Source: Myxococcales bacterium (GTDB lineage Bacteria > Myxococcota_A > UBA9042 > JAGQJP01). Taken from it: a DNA stretch of 34,998 bases. Positions 8,474 through 16,595 of this stretch are shown piece by piece. Each line of letters opens with the position of its first letter. Position 1 is the first letter of the stretch. A program made the position numbers and the translations under genes. The stretch is taken from the NCBI GenBank assembly GCA_020430585.1, contig JAGQJP010000665.1, positions 1-34,998 of the forward strand, given 5' to 3'. The notes beneath the pieces were generated by a model. It did no database searches. It was not told the origin of the DNA and was given only the letters and a program-made list of their open reading frames with translations.

Positions 8474-11200
8474 TCAGCGACCCTTTCGCTTGCCGCGGCG
8501 CGTCTGACCCTTCTTTTTGCCCTTCTTACGCTTCGGCTTGGCCTTCGTCGTCGCTTTGCGCCGCTTCTTCTTCGAGGTGGAGCGCTTGGTGCCCGCCTTC
8601 TTCCGACCTCTGGTACGTCCCGCTTTCGTCTTGCGCCCAGCGGGACGCTTTTTTCCCCGACGCTTCGTGCGCACGCCCTTGGTACGTCGGCTACGTCGGC
8701 GTCGTTTGCCGCGCTTTCGCTTCTTCTTCTTCGGGAAGAGCTTGCGAATCTCGTCGCGGGTCTTCTTCTCGAAGCGAATCGGCTGATCGTCGCCCGCTCT
8801 CGGTTTCATGTAGCTGCCGAGCTCGGCGGGCAGACGTTGGGGCACTTCGAAGCTCTCGCGTCCCTTCTCGTCGGCTCCTGCGTATAGATAGCGATAGACC
8901 GCATAGCTGGCGAGGACTTTCTTGGTGTATCCGTTCGCCTGGGTGTAGGGAATCTCTTCGATCCACTCGTCCGTCGCGAGCTGCTTGCGCTGGCGCCACC
9001 AGCGGCGCGAGGCGCCCGGTCCAGCGTTGTACGCCGCGAGCACCATCGCCTTGTTGCCCTTGAAGTTCGAGAGCAACTCGCGCAGAAAGCGCGCGCCGAT
9101 CGCGATGTTGAACTCGGGCACCTTGAGCAGCTTCTCGCTCGGCGAACGGATCTTGATCACCTGCTCGGCCAGGGAGCGGGCGGAGGCGACCAAGAGCTGC
9201 ATCAGGCCGATCGCATCGGCGTAGGAGACGACGTCCTCGCGAAACCCGCTCTCGTGCCGAATCACCGCCAGGATCAACCACGGGCTGATCCGATTCAGCT
9301 TGGCGTGTTTCTCGACGAATTCCCAGAAGCCGCGGGGATAGGCGAGCTCCCACATCTCGGTGAAGCGCGACTCGGGGTAGTGATCGAAGCGACCGATCCA
9401 CTTGAGGATCCGATGGGCGCGCCAGAAATCGCCCTTCTTCAGATAGAGCGACGAGATCAACAGCTGCCCTGACTGCGGCAATCGCCCCTGTTGAAAACGA
9501 AAGCTCAGATCGCGCATCGCCCAATCCGTCAAACCGAGGCGCAAGAGCGCGACGGCGGTGTCGAGCTCGGCGTGACGCTTGATCCGAAAGCGCCGTATCC
9601 TCGTCAGACCGTCGGTCCCGGCGAGGTGCACGGACGCGGGGTTGCGCAACCCAGCGAGCTTCGCCGGCTCGATCTCGCGCACGCGGTTGTACGCCTGATT
9701 CGAGTAGTAGGTCAGCGGATAGTGCTTGACGATGTGAAGATAGACGGCGATCGAGTCCGCCTGTCGTCCGAGGCGGCCCAGGCAGCGGGCCTTCCAATAG
9801 TACGCCCGCTCGGCCCATCGACTGCGGGACGCGGTAAAATCGTTGGGGTACCCGCGGATCAAGTCGTCGAGCTGGCGAATCGACTCGTCGTACTTGCCCG
9901 CGAGGTAGAGATTCCAGGCCAGCGCCCAGTACGCGTTTCGCCGCACCTCTCCGCGTGGCGCGAAGGTCAGCAGCTGCCGGAGCGCCTCTCGCTCGCGCGC
10001 CTCGTCACCTGCGTCCTTGTGGATCCGTGAGGCGAAGTAGAGCGCCCGGGCCCGCAGGGCGATCGGGGCACTCTTGCGCTCGACCGTCTCCGCCAGGCGC
10101 GACAGAGCGAGCTTCTTCTCCCCGAGCTTGGAGAGCGTGCGGGCGAGGCCGTAGTTGATCTGAGCGCGAAGCCGCTCGAACCCGCTCTCGGCGAGCTTCG
10201 CGATCGCGCGTTTGTAGAGGCCAACCGCCTGCTGGCGCGAGCTCGAGCGACGTCGGGCCAGCTCCGCCTCGGCGAAGAGCAGCACCGCGCGATACTTCGC
10301 CGCCCGATAGCGGCGACGCAGATTCTTCAGCACTTTGGTGACGTCGCCGCGATTGGTGCGCGACAGCTTCTTGAGCAACAGCTCGACCTGCTCACTCAAT
10401 CCGGGCGCGACCTTCAGCTGACGCAGGTAAATCTCGGCCTTATCGGCAAAGCTCGACTTGTTGTGTCGCCGCCAGAGCCGCAGCAAGATCTTCGCCGCCT
10501 CGCGGCTCTGTCCCTGTTTGACCAGGTACTCGCCGAGCAGGTACATCGCCCGCGCCTTGTCGCTTCGGCTGAAGGCCGCACCGAGCGCGGTCTTGAGCGT
10601 CGCTACCGCACGAGCGTTACGACCACGCTTGAGGAGGAGCTCGGCGCGAGTCAGCAGAGCGCTGACGCCGTCGTAGCTGTCTGGCGAGACCCGCCCGTAA
10701 TAGTCGAGGGCGCGGTCGAGATCGCCCGCCTTGCGATAGGCGTTGGCGAGGATCATCGCGGCATACGATGCCAGCGGCGCGTACGACAACGATTCGACGA
10801 AGAGCGGCAGCGCCCGTCGCATCTGGCCGCTCTTGTGCAGTGCGTGGGCCAACAGGAACTTCAGCGGTAGCGCATCTCGATCACGCGAGTGGCTCTGCAG
10901 ATACGCCTCGATGAGCTTGACGACCTCTCCGTGGCGCCCGCGCTGAACCGCCTCGCCCAACGAGCGCAGCTCGCGGTGCACGCGCCAGTAGGGCCGCAGG
11001 TCGTAGGGCTTCTCGGCGGCAGCCACCAACTGCGTCGCCCCAAAGGTGAAGCAGAGGCAGAGCAGCGCGACGGTGCAGCGCGATGCATAGTTGACACCCG
11101 CCAACAGAGCGTTCAGACTACCTACGCCATGGAAACGCCAGCCGCCCAGAGCGCTCGAACCCAGGTTCTTCGCGCGGTTTTGATGACGATGCGACCACAT
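8474..11200 (-). CDS. slt: Soluble lytic murein transglycosylase (Slt70-like) with N-terminal TPR-like superhelical repeats and an 85-aa polybasic C-terminal tail
   Basis: SLT catalytic region ILAVIRHESGFRE...AIGLMQLL...AAYNAGPG, preceded by a long alpha-helical repeat region. The last 85 aa are 53 K/R with no acidic residue. The start is uncertain: ATG at 11200 overlaps the divergent gene's start, and an in-frame TTG at 11104 would give M-AGVNYASRCTVALLCLCFTFGATQLVAAA, a cleaner signal peptide. Confidence 0.8.
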   Translation of the reverse strand: MWSHRHQNRAKNLGSSALGGWRFHGVGSLNALLAGVNYASRCTVALLCLCFTFGATQLVAAAEKPYDLRPYWRVHRELRSLGEAVQRGRHGEVVKLIEAYLQSHSRDRDALPLKFLLAHALHKSGQMRRALPLFVESLSYAPLASYAAMILANAYRKAGDLDRALDYYGRVSPDSYDGVSALLTRAELLLKRGRNARAVATLKTALGAAFSRSDKARAMYLLGEYLVKQGQSREAAKILLRLWRRHNKSSFADKAEIYLRQLKVAPGLSEQVELLLKKLSRTNRGDVTKVLKNLRRRYRAAKYRAVLLFAEAELARRRSSSRQQAVGLYKRAIAKLAESGFERLRAQINYGLARTLSKLGEKKLALSRLAETVERKSAPIALRARALYFASRIHKDAGDEAREREALRQLLTFAPRGEVRRNAYWALAWNLYLAGKYDESIRQLDDLIRGYPNDFTASRSRWAERAYYWKARCLGRLGRQADSIAVYLHIVKHYPLTYYSNQAYNRVREIEPAKLAGLRNPASVHLAGTDGLTRIRRFRIKRHAELDTAVALLRLGLTDWAMRDLSFRFQQGRLPQSGQLLISSLYLKKGDFWRAHRILKWIGRFDHYPESRFTEMWELAYPRGFWEFVEKHAKLNRISPWLILAVIRHESGFREDVVSYADAIGLMQLLVASARSLAEQVIKIRSPSEKLLKVPEFNIAIGARFLRELLSNFKGNKAMVLAAYNAGPGASRRWWRQRKQLATDEWIEEIPYTQANGYTKKVLASYAVYRYLYAGADEKGRESFEVPQRLPAELGSYMKPRAGDDQPIRFEKKTRDEIRKLFPKKKKRKRGKRRRRSRRTKGVRTKRRGKKRPAGRKTKAGRTRGRKKAGTKRSTSKKKRRKATTKAKPKRKKGKKKGQTRRGKRKGR

Positions 11201-12040
11201 CAGTGGGTCAAGAACCTCTTCGTGTTGGCACCGTTGATCTTCGCCCAGAAGCTGAGCGACCCGCGTCGGGTCACGCTCGCCTTCTCGGCAACGCTGCTCT
11301 TCTCACTCGTCTCGAGCGCCGTGTACGTCTTCAACGACCTACTCGATCGGGAGGCCGATCGTCAACACCCGGTCAAGCGCTTCCGCCCGCTGGCCTCGGG
11401 AGCGCTCAGTCCTCGCGCGGGGATCGTGTTGATCGCCGCCCTCGTTTTTTTTGCCGTCAGCGGCGGGATCTGGGTCAATCCATTGTTCCTCGGCGTCGCC
11501 GCGACGTATGGGCTGCTGAACGTCGCCTACAGCGCGCGCTTGAAACACATCCCCTTCGTCGACGTGACGGTGATCGCCGTCGGGTTCATCTGTCGCGTGA
11601 TCGCGGGCGCGGTGGCGATCGACGTGGCGATTTCGAAGTGGCTGCTGATCTGTACCTTCCTCCTCGCGATCTTCCTTGGGCTGGGTAAACGGCGGCACGA
11701 GCTGGCCCAGCTCTCGGAGAACGCGCAGCGCTCGCGCCAGGTCTTGGAACGCTACTCCCTTCGAGCCCTCGACGTCGCGATGCCGATCGTCGGCCTGTTG
11801 ACCTGGATCGCCTACGTTCTCTATACTGTGGCTGCGGAAACCGCTCTGAAGTTCGGCACCCGACGCCTGATCGTCTCGGCACCGCTGATCGTCATCGCGC
11901 TGTTCCGCTTTCTCCAGCTTGCACGGCGCTCGCGGGTGAAGGACAGCCCAACGGACGCGATGCTCCGCGATCCGATCGTCGTCGGCTCGGCCCTGCTCTG
12001 GGGCGCGACGGTGATCGCGGTAATTTACCACGTCCTCTAG
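11183..12040 (+). CDS. UbiA-family prenyltransferase, decaprenyl-phosphate phosphoribosyltransferase (DPPR synthase)-like
   Basis: MTMRPHQWVKNLFVLAPLIFA N-terminus, the NDLLDREADRQHPVKRFRPLASG motif (NDxxDxxxD followed by HPxKRxRPxAxG), and multiple TM helices. ATG at 11183 or 11189. The upstream part of track ORF 10889-12040 is antisense to slt and has no family-like sequence. Confidence 0.7.
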   Translation: MTMRPHQWVKNLFVLAPLIFAQKLSDPRRVTLAFSATLLFSLVSSAVYVFNDLLDREADRQHPVKRFRPLASGALSPRAGIVLIAALVFFAVSGGIWVNPLFLGVAATYGLLNVAYSARLKHIPFVDVTVIAVGFICRVIAGAVAIDVAISKWLLICTFLLAIFLGLGKRRHELAQLSENAQRSRQVLERYSLRALDVAMPIVGLLTWIAYVLYTVAAETALKFGTRRLIVSAPLIVIALFRFLQLARRSRVKDSPTDAMLRDPIVVGSALLWGATVIAVIYHVL

Positions 12041-12049
12041 GATTCGACG

Positions 12050-12475
12050 ATGCAGAAATCGGCGGTCGCCATCGCCCTCGCCCTCGCCCTCGTCTCGCTC
12101 GTCGCCTGCAGCGCGACGCGCAGGAAGCAGAGCCTCTTACCCCCAGGGGCGATCGACCGCAAGCAGCTGGTCGCGATGGTCGACGTCTTCCCGGGCCAGC
12201 GCTGGTTCCGGGCGCGCTACAACCCCGTGATCTGCAAGTGTCCCCATACCGAGATCGAGGTCGGCCGTCGCTGGGTGCGGGTCAGCCTCGACCCGGAAGA
12301 TCGCGAGCGCGATGCAGTGCGCGCCTACTTGAAGCGCGCCGAGACCGATCGCCGCGGCGGTCTGGTCCGCACGTACCGTGTCTTCGGGAAACTCGACTCC
12401 GAGCTGCGCCACTGTGGCAGCCGCCTCTACCTGACACTGATCCTCAGTCGCTTCGAGCTTCCGTCGACGCCTTGA
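12050..12475 (+). CDS. Hypothetical lipoprotein
   Basis: 141 aa with an ATG start, 9 nt after the UbiA stop. Signal peptide plus lipobox (LVSLVAC). I recognise no family. Its 3' end overlaps the convergent gene by 32 nt. Confidence 0.5.
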   Translation: MQKSAVAIALALALVSLVACSATRRKQSLLPPGAIDRKQLVAMVDVFPGQRWFRARYNPVICKCPHTEIEVGRRWVRVSLDPEDRERDAVRAYLKRAETDRRGGLVRTYRVFGKLDSELRHCGSRLYLTLILSRFELPSTP

Positions 12476-13469
12476 GCGCCGCCGCCTGACGTCGCTTGAT
12501 ATCTCTCGAGACAAGAGGCAGGCAGGTCAGGCCGAGGGCGATCCGGAAGAAGAGCTGCACCACGATGAACGAGGTCGAGAAGGCGTCGACGACGGGATCC
12601 GTCAACGCCCGCGTGTGTTGTGCCGTTTCGAGCACGACGAAGCTGGAAAAGAGCACGCGCATCACGACCTGGCCCGTACCGAGCCCCGAGACCGAGATCG
12701 GCAGCACGTTGATCAAGGTCAGGATCGGGACGAAGACCAAAAGAACGTGCAGCGGGATGAGGATCCCGAATAGCGGCAGGACGAGCCAATTGCTGAGGAT
12801 GTAGACGCCGATCAGAGCGAGACGGACCGCTCCGATCGCGGCGTAGTCGACGAGCGAGGCGACGCGAAAGCCGTTGAAGACGCGCCACGAGCGGAGGCGC
12901 CCCAATACGAAGAAGTCGAACCCCCCGTTCCAATAGATCAGGCTGCCGACGAAGGCGCCGATGATCGCGACGTTCATCAACCGAATCCAGAGCGTCCCGC
13001 CCTCGAGCGAGACGAAATAGGTGCCGCCGAGGGAGAGGAGGTTGAGGATCGCCAGATCGAGGACGCTGATCCAGAGCATCGTGCCGAGGCCTTCGACAAC
13101 GGGAACCTCGCGGCGCACCTTCATCATCAACGCGATGCTGCCAGCGGCGGCGTTGTAGTTGAGGATGTTGAGCAGGTACGAGGCGGCCTTGACGGGCAGG
13201 AGATCGCCCATCGACGTCGGGTGGTGAAAGCGAGAGAAGGCGAGCTTGAGCGAGAAGGTGTCGATCAGGTAGGTCACCGCGATGGTGAGCACGCTGTAGA
13301 GCACCAACAGACCGACGTCGACGCGGCGCACCGTGGCCCAAACGCGAGAAAGGTCGGTGGTGTGGACGAGGTAGCCGACGAGCGCGGCGGTCACGACCCA
13401 GGGCAAGAGCTGCATCGCCACACCGCGAACGGTACGTTTGATCGGTTGCTTTTCGGGCGTCGGCTCCAT
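12444..13469 (-). CDS. Integral membrane protein, lysylphosphatidylglycerol-synthase TM-region / flippase-like family (UPF0104-like)
   Basis: The track ORF 12444-13835 is over-extended. The start is ATG at 13467-13469 (MEPTPEKQPIKRTVRGVAMQLLPWVVTAALVGYL...). It encodes 341 aa with about 8 hydrophobic helices and a pattern resembling PF03706-type proteins (assigned from memory, moderate confidence). Confidence 0.6.
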   Translation of the reverse strand: MEPTPEKQPIKRTVRGVAMQLLPWVVTAALVGYLVHTTDLSRVWATVRRVDVGLLVLYSVLTIAVTYLIDTFSLKLAFSRFHHPTSMGDLLPVKAASYLLNILNYNAAAGSIALMMKVRREVPVVEGLGTMLWISVLDLAILNLLSLGGTYFVSLEGGTLWIRLMNVAIIGAFVGSLIYWNGGFDFFVLGRLRSWRVFNGFRVASLVDYAAIGAVRLALIGVYILSNWLVLPLFGILIPLHVLLVFVPILTLINVLPISVSGLGTGQVVMRVLFSSFVVLETAQHTRALTDPVVDAFSTSFIVVQLFFRIALGLTCLPLVSRDIKRRQAAALKASTEARSD

Positions 13470-13572
13470 CCCACCTCGCGTCGGACTTCTGTTGTAGCAC
13501 CGAGATGGAAAAAACGGCAAGCCGAACAGAACGGTCCGGTTCGGCGGACGGCGTTGTGGTACCGTCGAAGCG

Positions 13573-14940
13573 ATGGGCGCGAAAACGATCACGAGCTTCG
13601 ACCCCTCCCGAGAGCTGGCCCTCGAGATCCTCGAACGGGTCGAGCGCCAGGGGGCGTTTGCCTCGCACGAGCTGAACCATGCCTTCGCAGCGGTTGCGAC
13701 GCTGGCCGTCGACGTGCGTCCACGACGCGCGTTCACGAGCGAGCTGGTGTACGGAACGCTCGCTCGACGAGGCCGCATCGATTGGTCCCTGGCGCGGGCG
13801 GTGGCACGAGGGCTCGACTCGGTGCAACCGCGCACGCTGACACTGTTGCGCCTGGCGGTCTACGAGCTGCTCTTCCTCGGCGATGTCCCCGAGCACGCGT
13901 CGGTGCACACGGCGGTCGAGCTCGCACGCCGTCGAATCCACCCATCGCAAGCGAAGTTCGTCAACGCCGTGCTGCGCACGGTGCTCCGACGACTCACCGA
14001 AGAGCCCGACGAGCTCGCGGCCCGCACCTCGCACCCCCAATGGATCGTCGATCTCTACCGCCGGCTCCTCCCGGAGGATGAGCTCGTCGCCGCGCTGGAG
14101 GCGAACAACGACCGCCCGCCCCTGACGATCCGCGCCCGTGGCGCTCGCGCCGAGCTCGCAGCGGAGCTCGCCAGCCTGGGATTCACGCTCCACGACGGCC
14201 GCCTCGCCCCGAACGCGCTGATCGTCGAAAACCCCGAAGGCCTCTTCGAGACCCAGCTGTTCCTCACGGGAGCGTTCGTCGCCCAAGACGAAGCGGCACA
14301 GCTGGTCGGCGAGCTCGCCGCCCCGCGCACAGGCGAGCTGGTCGTCGAGATCGGCGCAGGCCTCGGCGGCAAGACGACGCACCTCGCCGAGCTGAGCGGT
14401 GGCGGTGCGCGCATCCTGGCGCTGGACACCCACGCGGGGCGACTTCGCAGGCTGGAGGAGCGCGCAGCGGCGTTGGGATTGAGGGCGATCGAGACTCGAC
14501 GACAAGACGCCACCGCACCGCTCGAAAGCTGGAGCGATCCGCTCGCGGCGAGCGTGGACTGTGTCGTGATCGACGCCCCCTGCAGCGGCCTCGGGGTCTT
14601 GCGGCGACAGCCGGAGATCCGCTGGCGCCGCGACCGCGAGGCGATCGCGATCTACGCCGCACGCCAGCGACAGATGATCGAGCGCGCGGGCGAGCTGTTG
14701 CGCCCAGGCGGACGGCTGATCTACGCGGTCTGTACCGTCACCGACGAAGAGGGACCTCGGCGGATTCGCGAGGCGATCGACAGCGGCCGATTCGAGCGCC
14801 TGCCGACGGCTGAGCTCGTCAACACGGCTGGATCGAGACTGCCCAGCGAAATCGTCACCGCCGAGGGCGATCTACGGACCTGGCCACATCGCGACCGCGT
14901 CGACGGCTTCTTCATCTCCCGCCTGCGCGCAACACACTAG
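13573..14940 (+). CDS. rsmB: 16S rRNA (cytosine967-C5)-methyltransferase
   Basis: 455 aa. N-terminal NusB-like domain (SRELALEILERVERQGAFASH), a SAM-binding motif (VVEIGAGLGGKTTHLA), and the catalytic motifs DAPCSGLGVLRRQPEIRWRR and YAVCT. Confidence 0.85.
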   Translation: MGAKTITSFDPSRELALEILERVERQGAFASHELNHAFAAVATLAVDVRPRRAFTSELVYGTLARRGRIDWSLARAVARGLDSVQPRTLTLLRLAVYELLFLGDVPEHASVHTAVELARRRIHPSQAKFVNAVLRTVLRRLTEEPDELAARTSHPQWIVDLYRRLLPEDELVAALEANNDRPPLTIRARGARAELAAELASLGFTLHDGRLAPNALIVENPEGLFETQLFLTGAFVAQDEAAQLVGELAAPRTGELVVEIGAGLGGKTTHLAELSGGGARILALDTHAGRLRRLEERAAALGLRAIETRRQDATAPLESWSDPLAASVDCVVIDAPCSGLGVLRRQPEIRWRRDREAIAIYAARQRQMIERAGELLRPGGRLIYAVCTVTDEEGPRRIREAIDSGRFERLPTAELVNTAGSRLPSEIVTAEGDLRTWPHRDRVDGFFISRLRATH

Positions 14941-14993
14941 CGAAGCGCCGACGACATCGAATCGGAGACCGAACCTCGACCCGAGCGCCTCGA

Positions 14994-15485
14994 CTAAGAC
15001 TGGATCTCGTAGCGCGCCTCTTCGGCCGCCTTGAAGTCGCGCAGCCGCTGATGCAGCGCAGCGTCGGAGAGCCCGAGGATCTGCGCCGCCAGGATCGCCG
15101 CGTTCCGCGCCCCCGACTTGCCCACTCCCATCGTCGCGACCGGAACGCCACCGGGCATCTGCACCATCGAGAAGAGGGAGTCGAAACCCTGCAGCGGTGA
15201 ACCGGGAAGGGGCACGGCGATCACGGGGATCACGACCTCGGCGGCGACGACGCCGGCCAGATGCGCGGACATCCCCGCTCCAGCGATCACGACCCGCACG
15301 CCGCGCTCACTCAAGGTCGCGAGGTATTGGCGCAACTTGTTGGGTGAGCGGTGCGCCGAGAGCACCTGCACGTCGTAGGAGACGGAAAACTGATCGAGGA
15401 CTTTCGTCGCCTCCCCCATGAGCGGGAGGTCACTCGTAGAACCCATGATGATCGAGACGTCGAATCGCGTTTGTGAGTCGGTCAT
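14994..15485 (-). CDS. purE: N5-carboxyaminoimidazole ribonucleotide mutase
   Basis: IIMGSTSDLPLM...SAHRSP...IAGAGMSAHLAGVVAA...VIAVP...MPGGVPVATMGVG are canonical PurE motifs. The start is ATG at 15485, or GTG at 15488. Confidence 0.9.
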   Translation of the reverse strand: MTDSQTRFDVSIIMGSTSDLPLMGEATKVLDQFSVSYDVQVLSAHRSPNKLRQYLATLSERGVRVVIAGAGMSAHLAGVVAAEVVIPVIAVPLPGSPLQGFDSLFSMVQMPGGVPVATMGVGKSGARNAAILAAQILGLSDAALHQRLRDFKAAEEARYEIQS

Positions 15486-15536
15486 CACCCACCTCCTGTT
15501 GACCGGAGGATACGTGGAGCCGACCGAGATGGCAAG

Positions 15537-16163
15537 CTAGCCGTTGGCGGCTTTGGCGGTGATCGTTTCGTCCTCGATGCTGGCGCGGGTGCGAACGATC
15601 CCGGCCTCGAAGGCGAAGTCCCAGAGCTTCTCGCGCAGTGCGCGACGGCCGCGGAAGAGCCTCGACATCACGGTGCCGATCGGAGAGCCGATGATGTCGG
15701 CGATCTCGCGATAGGAGAAGCCCTCGAGATCCGAGAGGATCACCACGGTACGAAACTCGACGGGGAGCTCGTCGAGGGCGCGCTGCACGTCGTCGGAGAG
15801 CGACTGGTGTGTCATCCGATGCTCGGGGTTGGCGCGCCACTCCGCCGAGGCGCGACAGACGAACGTATCGCCCTGGGCGATGCGCTCCTCTTCGAGCAGC
15901 GAACGCTCCTTGACGCGGCGGCGATAGCTGTTGATGAAGGTGTTGGTGAGGATCTTGAACAGCCACGCCCGGCAGTTCGTTCCCTGCTTGAACTGGTGAA
16001 AGTACGCGTACGCTTTGAGGTAGGTGTCCTGCGTCAGGTCTTCGGCGTCGCGCTCGCTCTTGGTCAGGCGCAGCGCTGTCGCGTACAACTCGTTGAGGTG
16101 GCCGAGCGTCAGCGTCTCGAATATTTTCCGCTTTCCGCCGCGGAACGAATCGGACTGTGTCAT
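15537..16163 (-). CDS. ECF (group IV) RNA polymerase sigma factor; no cognate anti-sigma gene is adjacent
   Basis: 208 aa with an ATG start preceded by ACGAGG. Region 2 reads [17 protein letters not shown]...[17 protein letters not shown]. Region 4 reads [41 protein letters not shown]. The downstream gene is purE, 48 nt away. Confidence 0.85.
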   Translation of the reverse strand: MTQSDSFRGGKRKIFETLTLGHLNELYATALRLTKSERDAEDLTQDTYLKAYAYFHQFKQGTNCRAWLFKILTNTFINSYRRRVKERSLLEEERIAQGDTFVCRASAEWRANPEHRMTHQSLSDDVQRALDELPVEFRTVVILSDLEGFSYREIADIIGSPIGTVMSRLFRGRRALREKLWDFAFEAGIVRTRASIEDETITAKAANG

Positions 16164-16186
16164 ACTAGCCTCGTCAGCTGGCTTTA

Positions 16187-16205
16187 GGAGGGGTATCTAC
16201 CCTCC
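16187..16205. promoter_or_regulatory. Near-perfect inverted repeat GGAGGGGTA-tc-TACCCTCC in the 5' leader of the ECF sigma gene
   Basis: I read it directly: 8 bp can pair, with one bulged G, 22-40 nt upstream of the ATG at 16163. It could be an operator or a leader hairpin. Confidence 0.25.
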
Positions 16206-16234
16206 GCTGTCGTCTACCGTTGGCAAAATCCATA

Positions 16235-16250
16235 TCAAAGGTCGTGCCAA
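16235..16250 (-). promoter_or_regulatory. Weak sigma-54-like -24/-12 element upstream of the ECF sigma gene
   Basis: The minus strand reads TTGGCACGACCTTTGAT, i.e. TGGCAC then N5 then TTGA (consensus TGGCAC-N5-TTGC). The GG is conserved, but the -12 GC is GA. It lies about 75 nt upstream of the ATG. Confidence 0.2.
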
Positions 16251-16310
16251 CTTGTAACCGACCGAAACAGAACGAGAACCATTGATCCGGTCGGCACCGT
16301 TGTGGCCCCT

Positions 16311-16361
16311 GAGGCACGACGCTGTGTGATTTCGGCGACAAATCGCCGGGGTCGCTGCCTC
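16311..16361. other. Nested stem-loop element in the AT-richer intergenic region
   Basis: The outer stem GAGGCACGAC (16311-16320) pairs with GTCG-c-TGCCTC (16351-16361): 10 bp with one bulge. The inner hairpin is CGGCGA-caaa-TCGCCG (16333-16348). The strand of any transcript is unknown. Confidence 0.3.
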
Positions 16362-16520
16362 TAACGTGTGTACGAACGAGTCCATTTTTCGGTTTACATC
16401 GACCGCCCGAAGGGTGATTTTATTGACGGAAATCCAGGGCGCCGCAACGATCGACATCCTTGAAATATTTCGGGTTGTGTGATAGTTTAGAAGATAACTA
16501 CGTGTAAAATTGGGCAGTTT

Positions 16521-16595
16521 ATGGATATGAATCGCCCCAACACAGTCGTCGAGTCGCCCGCACACGGTCGGGGCACAATAGCGGGTAGTCGGTAG
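16521..16595 (+). CDS. Candidate 24-codon upstream ORF abutting the FHA gene start (TAG then ATG)
   Basis: ATG at 16521 translates to MDMNRPNTVVESPAHGRGTIAGSR, with a TAG stop at 16593-16595 directly followed by ATG at 16596. There is no clear Shine-Dalgarno, so it may be chance. Confidence 0.12.
   Translation: MDMNRPNTVVESPAHGRGTIAGSR

Noticed and set aside
13521-13545. A 7-bp inverted repeat GCCGAAC-N11-GTTCGGC in the rsmB / flippase-like divergent spacer.
   Set aside because: It is real in the sequence, but short GC-rich inverted repeats of this size are expected by chance in high-GC intergenic DNA. I have no second copy or known motif to tie it to.
15537-16163. The idea that this ECF sigma is of the phosphorylation-activated type that lacks the acidic region-2.2 motif.
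   Set aside because: The sequence shows an intact DAED ([10 protein letters not shown]), so that specific mechanism is unlikely. I kept only the weaker hypothesis of an FHA-linked regulatory connection.
16197-16565. A 122-aa minus-strand ORF filling the large intergenic region.
   Set aside because: It has no Shine-Dalgarno. Its composition is atypical for this genome's genes (it spans the AT-richer spacer). I recognise no motifs, and it would eliminate all promoter space for two divergent genes. I treat the region as non-coding regulatory or RNA sequence instead.
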